Below, piece after piece: positions 1 through 11,340 of a stretch of DNA of 64,000 bases. The position numbers were made by a program, and so were the translations under genes. Each line of letters begins with the position of its first letter. Position 1 is the first letter of the stretch. The stretch comes from the human T2T-CHM13v2.0 reference genome, Homo sapiens. Below the pieces are notes generated by a model. The model was not told the origin of the DNA. It worked only from the letters and a program-made list of their open reading frames with translations, and made no database searches. Location: NCBI RefSeq assembly GCF_009914755.1, contig NC_060929.1. One strand, written 5' to 3'.

Positions 1-18
1 GAGCCACTGCGCCCAGCC
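1..18 (-). mobile_element. 5' end of an Alu cut by the window edge
   Basis: gagccactgcgcccagcc is the reverse complement of the Alu start. Confidence 0.75.
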
Positions 19-331
19 TAAAAGAGTCTTATCGCTTTTCAAGAGCTAAATAACAGAGCAGGCATATTAAAGGCCAGATTACCAGATTTCTTTGGAGTTC
101 AACCCTTCGAAAAATACTAGTAGAAACAGGGAGTTCTGATTCAAAGAAACATATGTTCTGCTATTTTTAAGTAATATTTTAACTGTAAAACCAAACAGTT
201 GTTTTAAAAACATCACTGAGCACAATGATAGAGGTGGGTGGATAACAGAAATTCAAACAAAGAAACAAACATAGACATTTTCTGAAAGAGTTTAGGATAG
301 CTGGATTTCACATGTACATAACATTCTAGAT

Positions 332-549
332 CAGGGCTTCCCTGGGCCACACTGGAAGAAAAAGAATTGTCTTGGGCCACACATAAACTACACTAACACC
401 AACGATAGCTGATGAACTTAAAAAAAAAAAGATAGCAAAAAAATAAAAATCTCATAATGTTTTAAGAAAGTTCAAAAATTTGTGTTGGGCCACATTCAAA
501 GCCATCCTGGGCCACATGCGGCCCTTAGGCCACAGGTTGGACAAGCTTA
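332..549 (+). mobile_element. MER30 (hAT-Charlie MITE)
   Basis: Matches recalled MER30 consensus; 8-bp hAT-type TSD ttctagat (324-331) / ctctagat (550-557). Confidence 0.85.
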
Positions 550-1764
550 CTCTAGATTCTCACTTGGACTTCTGCAAACACAACTGAGATTACAGCCTTG
601 CAATTTAAAAGAAATTGACAATTTAGAAGAAGACTGTAGTCTCCTTCTCTGGGAAGAATGACCCAGGGAATAAAATGAGTAAAGTCAGCTTTGCTGAAGA
701 CTGACTAAATGGTTATTGGCTTTGGTGAATGACTTTGCTTAGTTACTCTCATGAAGTACGTGCAAACTCTTGTTGTTTTTTGTTTGTTTGTTTGTTTTTT
801 TAAAAAGCTAATCTTGAATTTTATAAATTTTGTGTAAATTTGCACACTTTATCTCCCATTAGATTAGTTAAAACAATACAAATACATTTTTCACAGAGCT
901 GATTTCTAGGCAAGTGAGTCTGCAGCTTATCTGTGTTGCTTTTCCCTATCTCTCCTTTACTTCCTGTCTCGCAGCCTCCCTTACCACAGTAGCCAGCCCC
1001 AGTGCTGTGTTCTGCATCCTGGCAGTCCCAGCTTCACTGTGCTGTCTCTAAGCTTGTCCTCCAGAGCACAGCCCAAAGCACCAGCCAGGAGTCTCTGAAC
1101 TTTTTTGACCGAGCACCCCATCAGGAAAAAATGTGAGCACACTCCCAAGGGCTATAAATTACATGCATATGTTACTAAGAATACAATAAAACACAAACAG
1201 AAAATTTTTAATAGATGAGATAAAGATCAAATCAATCATAGTTTAATGTATTAATGGTGATACGTCATTTGATAACGATACATACATTATGAAATTTTCC
1301 TCTCAAAAGTTATTGTGAATAAAGCTTTACAGGGAGAAGGATAATTGAATATGTCTCATTTTAAAATCTTGGTTTATACTTCATGACACAGCAATACAGT
1401 TATCTGGTTTTATGATTAGTTTATTTAAAGGCTCTCTGAAAAGAACTTAAAAAGATATGTGGAATTTAATGAAGAGCTGCTTCATGACTCTCATTTTTCA
1501 GTCCCATTATGCAAAGGTTTTTGTTGATATTTGATGAATATATTTCCCGCTTGCAAAATGTTACTCATCTGTTTCTGAAACTAATCAGAAGTGTAATACA
1601 TTTTTACATGTTTAACACATAGTTTCAGAACTGACTGAAATTATATTTGGAAAATGTTTGGGGAGTTAGAAAATTCTATAAGATAGAAGAGTTTTTGTAG
1701 GTTACATGCATTGTTTTCAATCACAAACATTACATAATGAAGGAGTTAGTTTCAAACACTGGGT

Positions 1765-2125
1765 AAGGGCACAGACCCTGGGGCCAATTGTCTGAATTGG
1801 AATCCCAGCTCCTCTACTCCCTACTTGGGTAGCTGGGATTACAAGCTCCCACCACCACGCCCGGCTAATTTTTGTATTTTTAGTAGAGACGGGGTTTCAA
1901 CATGTTGGCCAGGCTGGTTTCGAACGCCTGACCACAGGTAATCCACAAGTTTCTTGCCTCTTTTTTCAGGTGGCCAAGTTTCTTAACCTCTTTGTGCCCC
2001 ATTTTCTCTCCAGTAAATTAGGATAATAATAGAACCTACTCCATAGGGTGGCTGTGAGAATTAAATGAGTCAAAATTTGCAAAGCACTTAATGTAATGCC
2101 TGGTACATGGTAAGTATACTTAAGT
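1765..2125 (+). mobile_element. MIR interrupted by an internal Alu fragment (about 1826-1946, minus strand)
   Basis: MIR core (cttaacctctttgtgccc...gtgagaattaaatgag) either side of Alu middle sequence. Confidence 0.75.
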
Positions 2126-2141
2126 ATATAAAGAATTATGG

Positions 2142-2258
2142 AGCTGGGCATGGTGGCATGCACCTGTAGTCCCAGCTACTTGGGAGGCTGAGGTGAGAGA
2201 ATCAATTGAGTCTAGCCTAGTCAAAAAAGTGAGACCCCATGTCTTAAAAAAAAAAAAA
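2142..2258 (+). mobile_element. Alu monomer (FLAM/FAM-like)
   Basis: Single arm with A tail; TSD-like aagaattatg / aaaaattatg. Confidence 0.8.
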
Positions 2259-2329
2259 TTATGTGTAGAACCCTGGACATACACATGCCATGTGACCTAG
2301 CACACCCACAAATATACTACATTTTGAAG

Positions 2330-2870
2330 CAAAAGTGATCCTAGCAGCTTTGTTTATAATAGGCAAAAACCTGGGAATAGCCCACGAGTGTATCTACAAT
2401 GGGATGGATAAATAAATGGTGGCATATATTTTCATTGGATGCTATTCAGCAATGAAAAGGAGAAAAACAAACCACAGCTACATCAACACCATTGAATCTT
2501 ACAAATGATGATGAATAAAAGAATCAAGGCACAAATACCTACAGTGTGATCCCACTTAGAAAGAGTTCAAAAGGAAGCAAAACCAAAAGATCTGTTTAGG
2601 AATGCACATAGAGGTTGTAAAAATCTAATGAAAAATGAATAATCATTACAAAAGCCAGGCTCATTATCTCTGAGGGAAAGAGGAAGAGGGCTGTAGCTGA
2701 AGAGGGGCGTCATGTGTGCACACACACAAGCGCACGCCTTTGCGTGAGCCCTGAGAATGTTCTCATTTTTGACCTGAGAGATTTTAGGAATGTTTATTTT
2801 ATAATTATTTATTAAATCATCTGCATAACTTTTCTGCACTTTTTTTGTGTGTTGTATTGCACAACAAAAA
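2330..2870 (+). mobile_element. Old L1 3' fragment (L1ME-like)
   Basis: gcagctttgtttataataggcaaaaacctggg...gatggataaataaatggtgg, typical of L1 3' ends. Confidence 0.65.
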
Positions 2871-5765
2871 CTTTTTCAAGCTGCTATAAAATTCTTGTTT
2901 CCACAAAATTTACTACTTGTATAACCTCTTACAGTGCTGTGTATTCTGCCTCCAACTTCTTTGTTAGAATAAATTGCATAGGAGATAGGCTGTGAATGAA
3001 TTTCATGTGGTTGCTCTCATTGTAATGTTAGCTTGGAATTCTTCTTTTTTTTTTTTTTGAATGTTTAGTCAAAACAACTAATCCATCAGTGGTTACATGT
3101 AAAGAAGTTTTGCATAAAACACAGTTTTTATTTTTAAACAGTCAATTATTGTTTACAGTATTGTCAAAAGATGTAGAAGAGAAAATATGTCTTCTCTACT
3201 ACAGCTTTTCTTTAGTGGATCACAAAAAAGTTATTTCAAAATGTATTTCATTTATTGGAACACAATGTAGTAAATACTACACTGAAACAGAATTTCTCAA
3301 ATACCATAAAGTGGAACATATTAAAAACATCTGTGCTTTCAGTTTAACCTTATAGTAAACTTCCCACATTGTTTAACTTGTTCAAATACTTATGACTGGA
3401 ATTTTAGCAAAACTTCATGTGAATATTCTCAAGGTATTTGCTAACAAAGGAATGCAGTTGTTTTTTTCCATTTGCGTTCTATGTATTATTTTAGATATTT
3501 TTATCTTGGCAAGAAGAAAACTAAGAGTGTGTTGCTTTTTGACTTTCATTTTTAAGACAGCTCAGAAGAGACTTTGTAGCATTTATTCTTGGTGACTTTT
3601 CTTGGAAGTATTGACTTGTATATAGTACACTACTTAAACATGCTAGAAACTTTATTGAATTCGCCTTCAATACTTTGGTGTTTAGTTTTTAAGTTGCTAG
3701 CTAATTGTAATCAGTTCAGAATATCATTGTCTATTAACTATAATATGCACTTAGGGTGAAATCAATGTTAGCAAGAATGGTTGTAAATTCATACTTAAAA
3801 CAGTGTTCTTTATAATCCATTATTTTGGTCAACTTCTTGGCAAATCTGATTAGTCGTCGGTTTTTTACCTTGCAATGTGGCTCCCAAAGAGTATCAGAAA
3901 CATCAGCTTGGCTGGGGGTTTTTGCTTGTGCTTGCATTTTTAACACTGTCTCCCTTGGTTCCTGCTGTAACAGTAGTTTACTTAAATATCATTCATAAGT
4001 CTCCTTAGAAACAGAAACTGCAACATGTGGCAATATATTGAAAGTGAACAAAGGAGGCAGCCCTCCCGCTGCCCCTCACTGTGTATCCTATTGCTGCCAT
4101 GCCCCCAACACTCCTTGTATCTGCCCACTTACTGGTCAACCTGGGGTACCAGCATCAATCCCAACATTAACTAGTAGTAAAGCTTAATTTCGTTTCCCCC
4201 CTTTTTTTTTTCAGTAAAAAATAATGTGTGTGATTAGAAGTTTATTCTGGAATTTCAGGGATCATCTTCTGTACCCCACCTTGAAGACTCTGGCTCTAGA
4301 TAAGTAGTCTTAAAAATTGCGTTTGTTTTTAACCTTAGAAAACCCATCTTTTTAATGAAAATGAATATGAAACTTTAATATTTTTTTAAAAGACAGCAAT
4401 AAGACTGCTCTGATTGGCTTTAAGATGCCTTTGTCAGAGTTCAGATCTCACTGCTTACTCTTTTTCTGCCACCTCCTCAAGCTGATTTGAAGATTCTTCT
4501 ATGCAAACCTAGTTTTCCTTAAAACATAGTTGGAAAAAATCTTCTGCCAAGCCGAGATCTCTAGGCCTGCCCTCACCAATGCTTACTTCCTCTCCAGCTG
4601 TTAAGGAACCAACACGTTTTTCAAAAACTGGTATATGAATATTCACAATTTGGGGACTAGTAATAGCCCACTGAATTACTTTACATGTCCTTACTGTACT
4701 TTATGCTACATCTTATTTAGGGATAAAAACATCTAATAGAGTAAATATGAAATGGTGGCATTTCAGCCACTAAAATAGGAAAAAAATATTGTTTGGGTTG
4801 GAAGCCCTTCCTGTGTGTTCCCCAGTGACCTTGAGGTTGGAGGACATGTGATATCTGTTCTGTTAACACTGGTAAAATAAAATTTTTTAAATGTGCTGAT
4901 GAGAGAAACTGCAAATACATAAACCAAATAAAAATTTAAAATACAAGGGAAATAACTTTAAAAAAGTGGTCATAAGAAAATTATGAAAAGATCTTTAGGA
5001 TATCAGGAAATGGACCATCTGTGATATTCTTTTAGCCAAGATAAATAACACTAACTGCTGTAATAATTGACCTCAAAATGTCTGGCTCAACTCACTGAAT
5101 ATCTATTTATCACTCAAATCACAGTACAATGCATTCTGTGAGGAGGCTCTGCTGTAACTAGTCATTCAAGGACTGGTTCCACACTGCAGTGCTAATAGCT
5201 TCAAACACCTGGCTTCAAGGTTGACCTGACTTCATGTGGTTGAGACAGGAAGATAAAAGAGAATGGAGAGACACACTTCTCTACTGCTCAGCAGGGATCA
5301 TATTCCGTTGATGAGAACTAATCATGTGGCCCTACCTATATGCACAAAAGTTGAGAAACGTCATTTAGCTATCTTGGAAGAGAAAACAGGTTTGGTGAGT
5401 ATGTAGCCAGGCTTTGTACCAGATACTCAATTTGTAGCTTAAGTATCACCAGGTATGACTCCAGAAATCTCTTGGGAAGCCTCCACCACTCTTTTTTCTG
5501 CCTGCTTTAATATAGAAACCTTCATGCCAGCACTAACTTCATCTCTTGCTGTTCCTAAGACAAGCCATGATCTTCCATTTCTTTATACCTTTGCATGTGA
5601 TGTCTGTCCAGTTCTTTGAAATACTCCTTCCCTTCTAACCTCCTCTTCTTCCAAATCTAACAAATTCTTAATCTATTAAGACCTAAGACAATGTTTACTT
5701 TCTTTATGAACTTCTGACACAGAAAGCACAGATCTCTTCCTAACATTCACTGAACTTATCTTTTA

Positions 5766-5821
5766 CTTTGTACCTATCTCTTTTACTGACTGCCTTTGTA
5801 CCTATCTCTTTTACTGACTGC
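5766..5821. repeat. Perfect 28-bp tandem duplication inside an L2-like fragment
   Basis: ctttgtacctatctcttttactgactgc twice. Confidence 0.95.
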
Positions 5822-5893
5822 CTAGGCCTAGGTCTAGGAACTAGAATGTTTTCAAAAGGATTGAGTGTGCTAATATTCACAAACTAATTAATA

Positions 5894-6516
5894 TGTCAGA
5901 GGGGTCTGAACCAGAATGACTCCATCTTGAGTAGAGGCTGGGTACACTAAGGCTGAAACCTACTGGGCTGCATTCCTAGGAGGTTAGGCATTCTTAGCCA
6001 CAGGATGAGATAGGAGGTCAGCACAGGATACAGGTCACAAAGACCTTGCTGATAAAACAGAATGCCGTAAAGAAGCCGGCCAAAACCCACCAAAACCAAG
6101 ATGGTGGTGACAGTGACCTCTGGTCAACCTCACTGCTCATTATATGCTAATTATAATGCACTAGCATGCTAAAAGACACTCCACCAGCACAATGAGTCTA
6201 CAAATGTCACGGCAATGTCAGGAAGTTACCCTATATGGTCTAAAAAGCAGAGGAACTCTCAGTTCTGGGAAATGCCCACCCTTTCCAGAAAAACTCATGA
6301 ATAATCCACCCCTTGTTTAGCATATAATCAAGAAATAACTATAAGTATACTCAGTCGAGCAGCCCATGACACTGCTCTGCCTATGGAGTAGCCATTATTT
6401 TATTCCTTTACTTTCTTAATAAACTGGCTTTCACTTTATGGACTTGCCCTGAATTCTTCGCTGGAGGTCCAAGAACTCTCTTTTGGAGTCAGGATTGGGA
6501 CCCCTTTCTGGTAACA
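5894..6516 (+). mobile_element. MER41B solo LTR (ERV1)
   Basis: TGTCAGAGG...GGTAACA termini; internal match to recalled MER41B consensus; AATAAA near 6418; TSD aata/aatt. Confidence 0.9.
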
Positions 6517-6699
6517 AATTGCTTTAGCTTCTTAAGGTCAATGACCAAGTCTTATGTACCTTGGGATCTCCTATGCCTACCCAGCACAGGCTTGGCTCAC
6601 CTATTGAGTAACTAAGGAAAAAATGAATACTTTCTCCCTTTCTGACACTTCCAAGTTGTCAGCAACTTTGGTGTCTATTTTTGTTTCATTTTTGTATTA

Positions 6700-7150
6700 A
6701 TATTTTTATATTGTCATAAAATATAACAATAGTTACCATGTTAATCATGTTCTAGTGTTCAGTACACGCTCTAGTGTTTAGTTAACAATGTTCTAGCGTT
6801 CAGTTCTATAGTTCAGTATAGTACGAACTATATATGCACCTCATGCAACAGATCTCTGTAACTTTTTCTTCCTGCAAACCTGAAACACTATACCTGTTGA
6901 ACAACGCCCCCTTTTCCCCTCTCCCCAGCCCCTGGTAACCATGATTCTACTTTCTGTTTCTAAGAGTTTGACTACTTTAGATACTTCATATAAATGGAAT
7001 CACTTTTTGTGATTTGCAACTGGCTGATTCCACTTAGCACAAGGTCCTCAAGGTTCATCCATGTTGTAGTTTATGAAGGAATTTTCTTCTTTTTTAAACG
7101 CTAATCATCCATTACATGTGTATACCACATTTTCTTTATCCATTCATCCA
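6700..7150 (-). mobile_element. L1MA/MB 3' fragment
   Basis: ccccagcccctggtaaccatgattctactttctgtttc...ttcatccatgttgtag. Confidence 0.75.
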
Positions 7151-8669
7151 TTCTAGTGTCTTTGTTTTTGACTTATGGGTTTCCGGAAAAGACTGATGAG
7201 AAAATATATTTTCTATTAACCCAAGAGAAAAAGTGATCTTGCATGCTGGAATTTTTAAGGATGGTTTAGGTTCTAGAGACTCAAAGAGAAATCGTAGAAA
7301 ATGCAAAGGGAAATTAGATTAAAAAAAAAAACAGTGACCACATAAAGAATATCTCCCATTATATCCTCTCTGAGCACGAGAAACTATTAAACTACTTTCA
7401 ACCGAGCAATAAGGGCCCATAATAAAAAGCTGTTGCCCTAGTTTTTTTACTGCCCTACTCAATACCCCCTCTTTCATACCCTCAAAATAGCTCAGCTGAG
7501 AAAAGAAACAGTCCAATTTTACAGAAGGGAAAAATAAACAGATAAAAGGATAAGCAAGAACTCTTTTCAACACAGAGTAAGGTACTGGTTAGAATTTTAA
7601 TACTGTATGGAGGAGTCTAACCCCAGAGTAATCCCTGGCCCATTTTGGTGTTAGTAAGTGGATCCCAGTGTTCGTTTGTATCGAGGTAGTTTGAAGCACG
7701 TTAGGGATATTCATAGCCTTTACTTCAGTGCATTATTATGAAAGAATCTAAAGTATCTTTGCATTTACGTGATTATGTTTTCAGTTGGTCTGCGGAGCTA
7801 TTATTAAATATGTGGCCATAACGTGTACAGAAAAATCTCCAAGTAAACTGGCATTTAACTTACCAACACGTTAAACCCCCATACATAACTTCCTTTAAAA
7901 ACGATCACACTAAAAATCCCAGCATTTAAAATCCTGAAGTTTTCGGTAAAATACGCTAAATATAGCTTGAAATAGTAAATAATCCCCCCAAGGCGACATT
8001 AGCAAATTAATTGGTGTGTGAACAAAGAACTCTTTCTGCAGCAGCATGAATGTTGCCTTTATTTTTTCTCACAAGTATGATTTTAGAAAACAGCTGTAGC
8101 GCATGTTGACAAATGAGAAAGCGGCAGACGTGGTAAAGCACTTTCGGTCAAGGCCAAGAGGGGGGGAAATCGGGTTGCTGGGGCGGCACTCGGGCTGGAA
8201 TCCCTAGCTTCCCTAACCTCCTTTTTCCAGTCCGGAGTGAGCGGGGGCCCCATCGCCCCACCCCCCTTTCCTGGCTCTGGTTACGGCCTTGCGAGTTGAA
8301 CAAACTTGCTGCAGGCGGATTGGCGGCTGGGAGCTCTCGGGCTGGGGCGTTGTATTTATTAATTTATATTCCGCGGCGCCCCGCGCGGGCGGCTCCTTTG
8401 TGTCCAGCCGCCGCCACCGGAGCTCCCGGGGCCTCCGCGGGGAGCGCGTCCCCCGCATCCGCCCGACCCCCGGGGCTGGCACGTGCTGCGCCCGGTCCGC
8501 TGAGGGGGCGGAGGCCCCGATCTCCCCGACCCCCCTTCTCTGCTTAGAGGAGGAGGAGCAGCGGCAGCGGCAGCAGGAGGCGACAGCTGCCAGCCGAGGA
8601 GGCGCGGCGGAGAGGGGACTGCGGTCAGCTGCGTCCACTTGGGGCTGTGCGGCGGTCCCGCGCCCGGCG

Positions 8670-8690
8670 ATGTTCCCGGGCACTCCCTGA
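8670..8690 (+). other. uORF1 (MFPGTP*) in the presumed 5'UTR
   Basis: gcgATG TTC CCG GGC ACT CCC TGA; requires a TSS upstream of 8670. Confidence 0.55.
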
Positions 8691-8820
8691 GTAGCGGCAG
8701 CTTATCCCCCGCCCGCTAGCCCGCCCTGGTCCCCGGCTCGCTCGCTGGCTGGCGCGGCCCCGGCCCCGCTCTGCGTCGGCCCCGCCGCGGTGGAGGCGCG
8801 CGAGGGGGACGCGGCCGGGG

Positions 8821-8871
8821 ATGAGCGGATTGCGGGTGAACTCGCCGCCCGGGGGCCCCGCGAAGCCGTGA
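8821..8871 (+). other. uORF2 (MSGLRVNSPPGGPAKP*) in the 5'UTR
   Basis: gggATGa with purine at -3; out of frame with the CDS; stop ends 47 nt before the main start. Confidence 0.6.
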
Positions 8872-8918
8872 GCCGCTGCTTTTCTCCGAGTCGCCGCCCT
8901 GCCCTTGGATTTGAGATC

Positions 8919-8920
8919 AT
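8919..8920 (+). CDS. RHOBTB3: RHOBTB3 exon 1 coding part: only AT of the start codon
   Basis: gagatcAT|gtacgt donor at 8921; joined to exon 2 it gives AT|G TCC ATC CAC = MSIH, the recalled RHOBTB3 N-terminus. Confidence 0.9.
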
Positions 8921-9094
8921 GTACGTACGCGCCGCCGTCCTGCCATTGTCTCTCTCCAGCGCGTGCCGTGCGCCCCAGGGACAGGGGCTGGTGCCCATCC
9001 TCGCCGCGCGCTGTCCCCCGCACTTCCTGTTCCGAGGAGAGACCCGCGCGCTGACCGTGCTTCCCTTCTCCCCTCGCCCCCTCTGTCCGTGCAG

Positions 9095-9320
9095 GTCCAT
9101 CCACATCGTGGCGCTGGGGAACGAGGGGGACACATTCCACCAGGACAACCGGCCGTCGGGGCTTATCCGCACTTACCTGGGGAGAAGCCCTCTGGTCTCC
9201 GGGGACGAGAGCAGCTTGTTGCTGAACGCGGCCAGCACGGTCGCGCGTCCGGTGTTCACCGAGTATCAGGCCAGTGCGTTTGGGAATGTCAAGCTGGTGG
9301 TCCACGACTGTCCCGTCTGG
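9095..9320 (+). CDS. RHOBTB3: RHOBTB3 exon 2 (226 nt), start of Rho-like domain
   Basis: Pyrimidine tract + gcag|G; encodes SIHIVALGNEGDTFHQ...HDCPVW; donor TGG|gtaagg. Confidence 0.97.
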
Positions 9321-11104
9321 GTAAGGAAGAGCAGCTGCTCCGCGCTGAGGCTGAAGAAGCTTTTCTTTCCTTTTTTTTCCCCCTCCCCCTTCTGCCCACT
9401 TCCGTGAGTGTGGAGTGTCCGCGTTACATGGGTCAAATTTTTAAACATTTTTGAGAAAATCTTTGGTCCTTTGTTTCACTGGGCAGGGAACAGCCCTGTC
9501 AGAGAACACTCTTAGGAAGATAGAAGGCCCCAGTGGGAATGTGGAGCACTTACTGGTACACTTCACGACTGTGGGTTGACCCTTGGTAGGCAGCAGACAG
9601 TTGAATGTGCCAACTCCAAGGGACGGGGTCACTAAGTTTCATCAGCAAAAAGCAGTGTTTTTTTATGTCTACCCTATGGGTGATAGTGTAATATTGGTGT
9701 TCTAAAAATACATCCCTCTCAAAGCTCAACACAGGCAAAAATACTTTTCACTGGGACAGTTCAGAAATAGTTCCTCTGGAAAGCGGAGGAAAAGACAGGG
9801 ACTGGGAGTTAATTTTAAATGACTCATTTATAGCACTATTAATTGATCTCTGAAAACTTAATTTTAATAATGCAAATACTCTTTATGTGTTAGCCATTTG
9901 TCTTAGTGACTCATAAATCAGAAATAACATTACTAATGTTGTTTGGAAAACTTTTAAAAAATTAAAATTTGTAATAATTGAACAAAATAGTAGTGAAGTG
10001 GATAAATTATAGTCCGATTCTTGAGTGTTTGATTAAGGGAGAAAGGAACTTACTTTCTGACACATATAAATATTTTCAGCATACAATAACATTATGTTTG
10101 AATGTTTTCCTTTAGTCTTATTTGAAAATCTTTGATTCTTTACTGATATTGGAGTTACGTATGTTTCAGCTAAATGTTACATTTAATAACAGAAGAAAGT
10201 TTAGTGCCTGAAAAGATACAAATTATCGTTGTGTAAGATTTCACATTTAAACAGCAATATTAAAAAAACTGAATTAGGACTATAGGAAAGTATCACGCCA
10301 TTCTAAAAAATGTGTAGAATATACTTGGAAAAATTTCTTATGCAAAGTTCCACATAACAGAACGAAAAGATCACTCGCTCGTGTAAGTTTTCAGTTAAAG
10401 AAGAAAGTTATGTTAATTTGGTAAAATAAAAAACAGGCCTTTTCAATTAAGAGATACTATTAAACCCCTAGTTATGATAGTGATGATGCTGTTCATAAGA
10501 AGTATTGATGGAGAACTTACTGGTCAGAGTCTATGCAGGCAAATGAAACACTTCTTTTACTTGGGATCTTTCGTTGTGAAAGATCTTACAGCCTAAAAAC
10601 ATGACGGTTCAACATGCAGTTGAATAAATGTTTAGCGAATCGAGTAAATGTAGGGAAAATAAAACTAGCTACATTAGGATGTTAGGATTGCTTTCCCGTA
10701 TTTAATTTGAGCTGTTAACACTTTCCTGTTTATACTGTTAATTTTGCAAACAGTAATGCTTGTGATCCCATACACTTTGTCTAGTAAAATGAAATCTTCC
10801 AAATGGAGAAAATAAACCTCTATAGTACGGATTTTTGCCATATGCTGGTTGTTATGGTTTATCTTGCTAATAACTTTTTGTTTGGTTAGACTCTGGCCCT
10901 ATTTAAGGCACCAAGTTTGTAACCAGGTACAATTTTCTAGGTTATAATGATCTTCAGATATGAGATTCCATTTCTAGAGTTGCTCTTTATAAGGTGCTTT
11001 TCTTCACTTGGTGGTAAGTAAAGCCCATCAGAGATTCTAAAGCTGATTGCATTAATCAACTGTTATTTGACGTATGTACGGAACCAGAATATTAAATATA
11101 GCAG

Positions 11105-11340
11105 AGCAGATAGAGCATAGCCTTTGATATCAAAAGGATCTGATTTCAGATTCCCACATTGCCATTTCAGGTCTGTGTGTCCTTGTTAAATCACTTACCT
11201 TCTCTCAGCCTTATTTTCCCTATCTATAAAATAATATGCCTCCTAAAGCTGTGCTGAGAAGTGAATGAGAAACTAGCACGTGTCAAGTTCTAAGTATAGA
11301 GGCTGGCATTTAGTAGATGCTCTATAAGTGGTAGCTAATA
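11105..11340 (+). mobile_element. MIR
   Basis: tcacttaccttctctcagccttattttccctatctataaaat core. Confidence 0.7.

Larger units (their letters stand above)
8100..9430. promoter_or_regulatory. RHOBTB3: CpG island: RHOBTB3 promoter, 5'UTR, intron 1 and exon 2
   Basis: Abrupt GC/CpG-rich block in an AT-rich background; inverted CCAAT (ATTGG 8319-8323); AT-rich TATA-like patch 8353-8370. Confidence 0.92.

Noticed and set aside
8213-9454. Long overlapping ORFs on both strands (e.g. 8625-9305 minus, 226 aa)
   Set aside because: Expected from stop-codon scarcity in a CpG island; low-complexity Arg/Gly/Ala/Pro products with no recognisable domain.
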